Of a stretch of DNA of 64,000 bases, positions 1 through 8,468 are shown in pieces (positions within the stretch are counted from its first letter, which is position 1; every line of letters starts with the position of its first letter). The translations under genes were made by a program, and so were the position numbers. Under the pieces are notes generated by a model. It saw only the letters and a list, made by a program, of their open reading frames with translations. It did not search any database and was not told where the DNA came from. Where the stretch lies: sequence record SRR22947727_398; one strand, written 5' to 3'.

Positions 1-150
1 TTGTTCCAAAACTTCTCTTTCCTCTGATGAGTACTGAATACATAAACTTGGTCCAAATTCATAAATTTTTTCACCGTCCGTATGCAAGAAAGCAGCATCT
101 ACGCCATCCAACGAGGTTCCACTCATCAAGCCTAAAGACACATAATCCAT
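1..150 (-). CDS. anmK: anhydro-N-acetylmuramic acid kinase, N-terminal part (truncated by window edge)
   Basis: Manual translation from ATG at 150 gives [26 protein letters not shown]. GLMSGTSxDGxD is the AnmK signature, and the gene is divergent from tyrS as usual. Not in the ORF track. Confidence 0.9.
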   Translation of the reverse strand, partial: MDYVSLGLMSGTSLDGVDAAFLHTDGEKIYEFGPSLCIQYSSEEREVLEQ

Positions 151-224
151 TTGATCTGAACTTACCTCTTTAACTTAGCAATTAGTATTGCTAGTACACT
201 AAAAGATATAGTTAGGCCAGAAAC

Positions 225-1493
225 ATGAATAAATATCAATCAAAATTGATGCAAAACCTCACTGAAAGAGGTTTTTTATATCAATGTACAGACCCAAAGG
301 GCCTCGATAGTTTAGCATACAAAGAAAATTTAACAGGGTATATTGGGTTTGACTGTACCGCGCCAAGCTTGCATGTTGGCTCGTTAGTTCAAATTATGAT
401 GCTACGCCAACTACAAAAAGCAGGAGGACGTCCCATAATACTGCTTGGTGGGGGTACCACAAAAATTGGCGATCCCTCGGATAAAGACAAATCAAGACCT
501 ATATTAACTGACGATTTAATAAAAAAGAACAAAGAGGGAATTGGAAGAGTTTTTTCTAAGTTTTTAAGCTTTGAAGGCCCTAATAGCGCTATAATAGTTG
601 ACAATAATGACTGGCTAGGTGGGCTTGGTTACATTAATTTCTTAAGGGATGTAGGAAAACTATTCACAATAAATCGTATGATTGCAATGGAAACTGTCAA
701 AAGGCGTATAGAGAATGAACTTCCAATGACCTTTTTAGAGTTTAACTACCCTCTACTACAAAGCTATGATTTTGTTGAACTAAATAAAAGATATAACTGC
801 ACATTACAACTTGGTGGTTCAGATCAATGGGGAAATATAACAAATGGGATAGACCTTACAAGAAGAATGTCTGGCGCCCAATGTTATGGTTTTACAACAC
901 CATTAATCACAACAGCATCTGGAGGAAAGATGGGCAAAACAGCTGATGGGGCCATATGGCTTAACTCTGATACTTCTTTAGGAGAGAATTATTCAAAAAG
1001 TTCATATGATTATTGGCAATTTTGGCGAAATACTGATGATGCTGATGTTGGAAAGTTTTTTAAGCTATTTACAGATTTACCTTTGAGTCAAATAGACGAT
1101 ATTGAAAAACTTACAGGTGCTGACATAAACAAAGCAAAGATTCAGTTGGCAAATGAAGTCACGGCGATGCTGCACGGGATTAAAGCCGCGAAAGAAGCAG
1201 AAGCAACCGCTCGTGATACATTCGAAAAAGGGTTAAATTCAACAGGATTACCAACGATTATGATAGAGAGAAATAAGTTTGAAGGTATAGGAATTCTTCA
1301 AGCCTCTGTTCTTACAGGACTTGCATCATCTAATGGAGAGGGCAGAAGGCATATAAAGGCAGGGGCATTGAAGATTAATGATATAAAGGTTGAGGACTTT
1401 GAATATAAACTATCAAAAAACGATTTAGAAAATGGGTGTATTAAAATTTCTATAGGAAAAAAGAAGCATGCTATATTAAAATTGAATAATTAG
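225..1493 (+). CDS. tyrS: tyrosine--tRNA ligase
   Basis: YIGFDCTAPSLHVGSL (HIGH-like), QLGGSDQWGNI, KMGKT, C-terminal S4 domain. Confidence 0.98.
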   Translation: MNKYQSKLMQNLTERGFLYQCTDPKGLDSLAYKENLTGYIGFDCTAPSLHVGSLVQIMMLRQLQKAGGRPIILLGGGTTKIGDPSDKDKSRPILTDDLIKKNKEGIGRVFSKFLSFEGPNSAIIVDNNDWLGGLGYINFLRDVGKLFTINRMIAMETVKRRIENELPMTFLEFNYPLLQSYDFVELNKRYNCTLQLGGSDQWGNITNGIDLTRRMSGAQCYGFTTPLITTASGGKMGKTADGAIWLNSDTSLGENYSKSSYDYWQFWRNTDDADVGKFFKLFTDLPLSQIDDIEKLTGADINKAKIQLANEVTAMLHGIKAAKEAEATARDTFEKGLNSTGLPTIMIERNKFEGIGILQASVLTGLASSNGEGRRHIKAGALKINDIKVEDFEYKLSKNDLENGCIKISIGKKKHAILKLNN

Positions 1494-1494
1494 A

Positions 1495-4400
1495 TCATTC
1501 AAAATTATCACTTAACTCTTCAGCTTCAGACCAGCTTTTATTACTTAACTTATTTCTATTTGTACGAAAAATTCCACGTAAAAATCCTGGAGTTAGAGCA
1601 GATAAAGGGTTAACTAATATTTGACTATTACTGAATGCGCCCTTTACCGTATAACTGAGTGCAAAAATACCTTCGCCTTTTTTACCAACAAATATATCAC
1701 CAATGACTGGAATCTCTCCCAACATAGAGTTAGCAGTATAGGCTGGTACTAACACCCCATCCATATCAATTTTTTGAGTGTCAAAGTTAACTTCCCCTGT
1801 GCCTGTCATTCCTAGAGCAGGCCCTGAAACACGTGCATCTTTAATATTTAGCTCACTATCTTTATAAATAAAAGGAATAGAAAATTCATTAAAATTCAAT
1901 CCATCTCCACTTAGCGTGTCAGTTATCCCTTTTAGAGATGCTACAGACAATATTTGAGCTAAAATTGGAGCTTTTACCAAGGTAAAATCTTCAATTTCTA
2001 ATACCCCTCTCAAAGGCCCTTCCACTCCGACCATTGGCATGCGGGCAGAAACTTGCAGGCGACCGCCATCTATACTATCAATACCTAAAAAAGCCCTTGC
2101 TGCTTCAGAAGCATCAGGCACTTTCAAGTTTATCTGCCTTGCTTTGATTTTTTCTTCTGAATTTATTGATACAGAAAAAATACCTTTCTGGGTTTCACCA
2201 AAAAAATCAGCATCTGTAACCCCAAATCCATTGTGATTATAAATCGCGCTTGCATTGTTAATAATATAATTTTCACTGAGTGAAATAGACTTTAAGTTTG
2301 CCACTAAATTTATGGGTATGTCTACTCCCAAGTTATTATTATTGTTGAAAATTCCAGTAGTTATCGTAGATGCATTCAAATAATCACCAGCAATTAACAT
2401 ATTAATTCTATCATTATTTCTATTAGGGGATGCTTTTAAGTTAGCACTAATCAATCCATCAATTTGAGCATTTTCAAAACTCAAGTTTTTTAATCTAAAA
2501 TCATCTGCCAATTTAACACTACCTTTTATAGAAAGCCCAGGTGCTGACATGAAAATATTTTCAAAAATGAAATCATTATTATTTAATCTTTTGAAGTTAC
2601 CAGTAATTGAAGCATTTTTACCCCTATCTTTAGACCAATTATTCCCCAAAGTTATAATACTATCCTTTAAATCAACATTTAACTCAGCATTAGAGAGGTC
2701 AAAGCCTTTTCCATTAGCTTCAATCTTTGTATATAATTTTCCTTTGATATTTTTTCTAAAACCCAAACCAAAGCCATCGAGTGTGTCACGATTCATTTCT
2801 CCTTCAACAACATAGCGTGTAGGAGACTTTGTTTCCCTGAAGGTTTCGTTCAAATTTAAATTTGCTTTCCATGGGCCTATAAAAACTGGGCCTGAAATAT
2901 TCATTTTTTCTTTATCAATATAAATATCAACAAAACCATTTTTTAATCTATGCTTACCAATAGAAAATGGGGCTGAAACATTATTTAGCTTGCCTAAAAC
3001 TGAATAATCAATTCGTGAACGGTCAAAATTCTCAAGTAATGGCCTCTTAACCTTTAAATTAATTTTTCCTAAACCAGAAAATTGATTTGGACTTACCCTA
3101 TACTTCTTTGCAATATTTAATGGCTTCTCATCTACTAAAGCAATTAAGTCTGTAATTTTACCATCAGCATCAACATCAATTATTACATCAGCACCCTTCG
3201 GGAAAAACTGAGTAATATTTGCATTTGCAGAATTTATAGTAATATCGCCGATTTTTCCACCTTTTGCTTGAAATTTTGCACTGTTACCCAGTATAAGACC
3301 CTCCCCAGATAAACCTGTATAGGGTGTCATAGTTGAAATATATCTTATATCAGCATTAGTAACACCAAAGTTTAAACTAAAGTCATCGTCATTTAATGAT
3401 TGAGCGCCAAGAAAAAAATTTTGTGGTAAATTCAAAGAAAATTTAACATTTTTAATTGCAGCCTTGATCATAGATCTATCCACCCAACGACGAGCTCCGG
3501 AAGCAAGATTATGTGGCCACAAGTCCAAAAGATTTTTTATATCCATCGAACCCTTTGATTTACCGCGAAAGCTTATATTTTCCCAATCACCTGTTTCACC
3601 TTGTTTAAACTCACCATCAGTTAACAATTTGTATGACCCAAAATTAATATCAAATTTGTTTAACTTAAGGTGCCTTGAATTTAAATCCAGTCGCCCAGAC
3701 ATTGATAGCGAACTTAATTTAAGAGCACTCTTAAACTCAAAAAATTTATCTATGAGCACATCCTCTAAATCAAAACTAAACAAAGGTGCTGTATTAGAGT
3801 TACCATCTGTAAGTGACTTAAGTTCACTAAAGCTTCCATTACCTCGAAAGTTAATTTTAGGAGACTGAATACTTAATTCAGAAACCTTCATTATCTCAGA
3901 TTCTGCCTCAAGGCTTGCTTTAAAATTAATAGCATCAAAGTTTAATTTTTTTTTAAATAAATCCACTCTACCTTGTTTTGCAGTCATATTTATATCTGCT
4001 TTTTCGAGACCCAATTGCCGGTCTACCTGTAGGGAAACTAATAAATCAATTGGTGTGTTTAAACCGTTTAAGAATGCAAATTTACCAAGTTTTGGTGCAA
4101 AAAATGAAGGATTCATATCATATGCATTTACATGGACAGTATATTTTTTAAAGTTTTCTACAAATTGAATATTTAATTCTAAGGGAGTAAGTCTATTTTC
4201 ATTTTCAATTTTACTGAAAATCTTCAGTTCTGCATTATCTTCAGAGTAATTAAAATAAAAGTTTGACTCATAGAGTCTTGCTTGAAGCTTATCTTTTTTA
4301 TCCAAAACAAGTACATCAGCATTATTAATTTGAACACTAGAAATAACATTCATGAATTCTGATTTATTTTTTTTCTCAGGGGAATATATTCGCCAAGAAG

Positions 4401-4938
4401 GACCAAATTCTTTAGCTGGAAATGAAGCACCTAAACTTAATTCTATATTACCATTTTCCGACCTAGTGATAGTTACCGACCCGCCTTTAATTTCAATTTT
4501 TTTTGGGATAAAAGACCCACTCATTAGAGAGGCAAGTGGAAAATCAACATTTAAATATGAGACTGAATCAATCGGTTGTCCATTTTTATCATCAACAAAT
4601 ATATCATCCACTTCTATGCTTAAATTATTAGTAGGCGCTATCCATTTTACTCTTATTTTACCAATTTTAGAATTTCGACCATTGAAGGTTTTTGATAATG
4701 TTTTCTCAGCAACTGATTTAAAGATTGATACATCTAATGATTGGCGAGATAAAATAATGCTTAAAAAAAATAAACATAAGACGATTGTACCAAATATTAA
4801 TGCTACTAATTCTCCAATGACATTAAATGTTTTCGTTAAAGTTTCTTTATTCTTTTTATTAGAAGACAGAAGTAATAACTTATAATAAGAAATTCCAATA
4901 TATTTTCTTGCAGTGTTAATGATTTTGTTTTCTGTCAT
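1495..4938 (-). CDS. AsmA-like/YhdP family (DUF3971-type) envelope lipid-bridge protein
   Basis: 1147 aa with a single N-terminal TM helix and a beta-rich body. The C-terminus is AsmA_2-like (GVLVPAYTANS..IPVIG..GEGIFALSYTVKG..VNPLSALTPGFLR). Confidence 0.85.
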   Translation of the reverse strand: MTENKIINTARKYIGISYYKLLLLSSNKKNKETLTKTFNVIGELVALIFGTIVLCLFFLSIILSRQSLDVSIFKSVAEKTLSKTFNGRNSKIGKIRVKWIAPTNNLSIEVDDIFVDDKNGQPIDSVSYLNVDFPLASLMSGSFIPKKIEIKGGSVTITRSENGNIELSLGASFPAKEFGPSWRIYSPEKKNKSEFMNVISSVQINNADVLVLDKKDKLQARLYESNFYFNYSEDNAELKIFSKIENENRLTPLELNIQFVENFKKYTVHVNAYDMNPSFFAPKLGKFAFLNGLNTPIDLLVSLQVDRQLGLEKADINMTAKQGRVDLFKKKLNFDAINFKASLEAESEIMKVSELSIQSPKINFRGNGSFSELKSLTDGNSNTAPLFSFDLEDVLIDKFFEFKSALKLSSLSMSGRLDLNSRHLKLNKFDINFGSYKLLTDGEFKQGETGDWENISFRGKSKGSMDIKNLLDLWPHNLASGARRWVDRSMIKAAIKNVKFSLNLPQNFFLGAQSLNDDDFSLNFGVTNADIRYISTMTPYTGLSGEGLILGNSAKFQAKGGKIGDITINSANANITQFFPKGADVIIDVDADGKITDLIALVDEKPLNIAKKYRVSPNQFSGLGKINLKVKRPLLENFDRSRIDYSVLGKLNNVSAPFSIGKHRLKNGFVDIYIDKEKMNISGPVFIGPWKANLNLNETFRETKSPTRYVVEGEMNRDTLDGFGLGFRKNIKGKLYTKIEANGKGFDLSNAELNVDLKDSIITLGNNWSKDRGKNASITGNFKRLNNNDFIFENIFMSAPGLSIKGSVKLADDFRLKNLSFENAQIDGLISANLKASPNRNNDRINMLIAGDYLNASTITTGIFNNNNNLGVDIPINLVANLKSISLSENYIINNASAIYNHNGFGVTDADFFGETQKGIFSVSINSEEKIKARQINLKVPDASEAARAFLGIDSIDGGRLQVSARMPMVGVEGPLRGVLEIEDFTLVKAPILAQILSVASLKGITDTLSGDGLNFNEFSIPFIYKDSELNIKDARVSGPALGMTGTGEVNFDTQKIDMDGVLVPAYTANSMLGEIPVIGDIFVGKKGEGIFALSYTVKGAFSNSQILVNPLSALTPGFLRGIFRTNRNKLSNKSWSEAEELSDNFE

Positions 4939-5030
4939 GTCTTATTTCTAGGTATCTAACAAAACTCAAGTTTATGTAATAACGTAATAAGCATGCAATG
5001 TGCTACATCAAGCAAGAAAAGGATAGCCCC

Positions 5031-5501
5031 ATGGAGTTAAAAATTGGACAAAAAGCACCTGATTTTATATTACCTGCCAATAATAACTCTGAGATAGCTC
5101 TCAGTGATTATAAAAGTCAGTTTTTGGTCCTTTATTTTTACCCAAAAGATAATACGCCTGGCTGTACAAAGGAGGCGTTAGATTTCTCTGAAAACATAGA
5201 AGAGTTTACTAAGCTTAATACAAGTGTTGTTGGTATCTCTAAAGACACACCAACAAAACATGATAAATTTATAGAGAAAAATTCTTTAAAGTTGTCTTTA
5301 GGGTCTGACATAGACGGTAGAGTTATAAATAATTACGGAGCTTGGATTGAAAAGAATATGTATGGCAAGAAATATATGGGTATTGAAAGGTTGACAATTC
5401 TAATTGGCCCTGGAAACGAAATATTACAAATTTGGCGAAAAGTAAGAGTTAAAGATCACGTTAAAAAAGTCCTTGAAGAATTAAAAAAACACATTTTGTA
5501 A
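5031..5501 (+). CDS. bcp: peroxiredoxin Bcp/PrxQ
   Basis: YFYPKDNTPGCTKEA motif; start set at ATG 5031 after an AAGGA RBS. Confidence 0.93.
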   Translation: MELKIGQKAPDFILPANNNSEIALSDYKSQFLVLYFYPKDNTPGCTKEALDFSENIEEFTKLNTSVVGISKDTPTKHDKFIEKNSLKLSLGSDIDGRVINNYGAWIEKNMYGKKYMGIERLTILIGPGNEILQIWRKVRVKDHVKKVLEELKKHIL

Positions 5502-5656
5502 ACAGTGTATATATTTAATTACTTTTTATAATTAGTATCGAAATTCTTCGAACAAAATTTATTTGCTCAAAACTTGAAGTTACAAAAGTATAAAAATACT
5601 ACTTGTATTACAACCAATTAGTGTGGTTAACACCGAAATATCATTGGTATGGAATC

Positions 5657-6865
5657 ATGAATAATATATTAAAAATATGGCGAGAAAAAATTATACAAAA
5701 TTTACCTGAACGTCAGCTTTTGGTGAGATCCAACGGTTATGTAAAATTTTTCCTAATCAGCACAAGTCATCAAGTAATTATAATTGGAACTATCACAGCT
5801 ATAATAGCATGGTGTATTTTCACCTTCTTCAGCTATGTCTGGGGTTACAATCCACTCAGAGCTCCCTGGAAGGAAGCAAAGAAGATTGAGTTAAAATATG
5901 AAGGAGCATTAGACACAGTGAAAACTCGTGAAGAGGCAGCACTAAAACTATTAGATAAACAGAAAAATGAATTTGAAAAAATTACACAAACAATTGAAGA
6001 AAAGCACTCAATAATAACAAAGATTGCTTCAATAACTAACCTAAAAGCAGAAGACCAAACAGAAAAGTTTTTGAGCAATAGATCCATTGTAATGTCCCCT
6101 CATTATTTGGATAAATATCCCAGAAAATCAATAAATCAAACTTTGGAGAGTTTGGTTAGTTGGGCTGAACCAAAAACCTATGAATCACTGAATTTAATTA
6201 ATGAAGCTCAGAATGAATTATTATTAAAAAATGAAGATGAAATTTTAGACTTAATAGAATTTAAAAGAGCAGTAATTAAATCTACTGGAATATCTGTAAA
6301 TGATATTCTTAGTAATTCTAATGATGGTTTTGGAGGACCTTTATTAAAAAATGAAAATAATATAAATCATATAATTCCAGATAACATTCAAAACTTTAAA
6401 TTAAGAATTAAAGAAGCTGAAACGCTCGCTAATATAGTTAAATCACTTCCTACAGCTTATCCGGTTTCTTCAATTAAAAGATTAACATCACCGTTTGGGA
6501 AAAGAAAAGATCCTTTTACAAATCAATACACTGAACACCAAGGAATAGACTTTGGCACAGGTGGAGAAAGAGAGTCGTCTATAATTGCACCATCCGAAGG
6601 AAAAATAATATTTAAAGGAAACAATGGCGGTTATGGTCACTCTCTTAAAATAGATCACGGTTATGGACTAATTACAATATATGGCCATTTAAAGCGAAAT
6701 AATGATGGCATTGAAGTAGGAGATTATGTTAAGAAAGGAGATAAAATTGGTATAATGGGATCAACTGGTAGGAGTACTGCTCCTCATTTACATTATGAAG
6801 TTCATTTTAATGGAAGGGCCATAGATCCTAATAGGTTTTTGAAAGCAGGTTATTATGTTCAATAA
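5657..6865 (+). CDS. membrane-anchored M23 endopeptidase with coiled coil (LmdC-like)
   Basis: TM segment, coiled coil, and M23 motifs HQGIDF, YGHL, STAPHLHYEV; overlaps the bactofilin start. Confidence 0.88.
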   Translation: MNNILKIWREKIIQNLPERQLLVRSNGYVKFFLISTSHQVIIIGTITAIIAWCIFTFFSYVWGYNPLRAPWKEAKKIELKYEGALDTVKTREEAALKLLDKQKNEFEKITQTIEEKHSIITKIASITNLKAEDQTEKFLSNRSIVMSPHYLDKYPRKSINQTLESLVSWAEPKTYESLNLINEAQNELLLKNEDEILDLIEFKRAVIKSTGISVNDILSNSNDGFGGPLLKNENNINHIIPDNIQNFKLRIKEAETLANIVKSLPTAYPVSSIKRLTSPFGKRKDPFTNQYTEHQGIDFGTGGERESSIIAPSEGKIIFKGNNGGYGHSLKIDHGYGLITIYGHLKRNNDGIEVGDYVKKGDKIGIMGSTGRSTAPHLHYEVHFNGRAIDPNRFLKAGYYVQ

Positions 6866-7316
6866 AATAAATACATCCACATCTAAAACTTCTGACAAAC
6901 AAGAAGTATACATAAAGAAATCCCATCCTCTCGTTCAAAATAAATTAGCCCCGTCTATCTTAGGGTCAGATCTCACTGTGATTGGTGACATCAAAACAAA
7001 AGGTGATGTCCATATAGACGGACGTGTAGATGGAAACATAACAGCAAGTGGTGTTATAATTGGAGAAAAAGGCACCGTAATTGGAAAAATAATAGCAAGA
7101 TCAGCCCGAATACGCGGAAACGTAACAGGAAAAATAGATGCGACAAAAATAGAATTGACAGAGACAGCTAGTGTAAAGGCTGATCTAACACAAGATCAGC
7201 TAATTATAGCAAATGGCGCATTTTTTGATGGAAAATGCAACAGAAAAACTTCATCTAAATTAAAAAATGAACAAATAATTACAGAAGACAGCAATAAAAA
7301 TAGTACAAAATTATAG
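6855..7316 (+). CDS. bactofilin (polymer-forming cytoskeletal protein)
   Basis: PSILGSDLTVIGDI..VHIDGRVDGNI..IGEKGTVIGKI..GAFFDGKC beta-helix domain; N-terminal MFNK. Confidence 0.92.
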   Translation: MFNKINTSTSKTSDKQEVYIKKSHPLVQNKLAPSILGSDLTVIGDIKTKGDVHIDGRVDGNITASGVIIGEKGTVIGKIIARSARIRGNVTGKIDATKIELTETASVKADLTQDQLIIANGAFFDGKCNRKTSSKLKNEQIITEDSNKNSTKL

Positions 7317-7355
7317 ATGATATTAAATTAAAAAGTAATTATATAAGTTAATTAC

Positions 7356-8463
7356 CTAGTTTGACGTATCCATATTTATAGATAGGGCTGCGGACATAAA
7401 CTGATCGAGGTCTCCATCAAGCACTGCTGAAGTATTTGAAGTCTCTACAGAGGTGCGTAAATCTTTAACCATCTGATAGGGCTGTAATACATATGATCGT
7501 ATTTGATGACCCCATCCAATTTCTGACCTATTATCAGCAGAAGCTTGTGCCTCAGCTTCCCTTCTCTGCATTTCATCTTCATATAGTCGTGACCTTAACA
7601 TATCCCATGCCGTGGATCTATTTTTATGTTGTGATCTATCATTTTGGCATTGCACAACAATACCAGTGGGTTCATGTGTTATGCGAACAGCCGAGTCTGT
7701 TTTATTAATATGTTGACCACCTGCTCCAGATGCTCTGTAGGTATCAACTCGGCAATCAGACTCATTCAAATCTATATCAATAGTATCGTCAATTTCTGGA
7801 TAAACCCATACAGAAGCAAAACTAGTATGACGTCTATTACCGGAGTCAAAAGGTGATATACGGACCAGTCTATGGACTCCAGACTCATTTTTAAGCCATC
7901 CATATGCATTTTGTCCACAAACTTTTATAGTAGCCGACTTTATTCCAGCTTCATCTCCACTTTGCTCCTCTATTATCTCAGTTTTCATACCACGAGAATT
8001 TGCCCATCTTAGGTACATTCTTTCAACCATTTCGGCCCAGTCTTGGGCTTCTGTACCTCCTGCGCCTGGATGAATTTCTAAATAACAATCATTTCCATCA
8101 ACCTCACCAGATAATAAAGCATCTAACTCGTATTTCTGCGATGATCTACGTATCCCCTCTAAAGCTGCCACTGCAGCTTCAAGAAGATCCTGATCACCTT
8201 CAGACTCACTTAATTCAACTATTTCAAGATTCTCACTTAGATCTGAGATTAGTGATTTAATTCGATTAAACGAATCTTCTAAGATAGAACGCTCGCGCAT
8301 TAATTTTTGAGATTTTTTTGGGTCATCCCAAAAATCTTGTCGTTCGGTTAATGCATTAAGTTCAGCCAACCTTTGCTCAGATGGTTCCCAGTCAAAGACG
8401 CCTCCTTAACAGTTCAATTGACTGCTCTATATCTTCTTTCATTTGTAAAATATCAGCGCGCAT
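7356..8463 (-). CDS. prfB: peptide chain release factor 2 (programmed +1 frameshift)
   Basis: GGQ ([10 protein letters not shown]) and SPF motifs. The true start is ATG 8463 ([23 protein letters not shown]), followed by a CTT-TGA-C slip into the main frame. Confidence 0.97.
8391..8406 (-). promoter_or_regulatory. prfB +1 ribosomal frameshift site with internal Shine-Dalgarno
   Basis: Minus strand reads AGGAGG-CGT-CTT-TGA-C, the canonical RF2 frameshift cassette. Confidence 0.95.
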
Positions 8464-8468
8464 AAAGT

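Noticed and set aside
2039-4885. Antisense ORFs inside the AsmA-like gene, and similar shadow ORFs across the window
   Set aside because: They lie opposite or inside well-supported genes, have biased composition and show no motifs or RBS.
5535-5553. GTATCGAAATTCTTCGAAC as a second copy of the pyrB operator
   Set aside because: It needs two insertions plus a mismatch to align, which changes half-site spacing. This is likely chance.
7356-8463. prfB as a truncated or frameshifted pseudogene
   Set aside because: It is explained by the canonical programmed frameshift.
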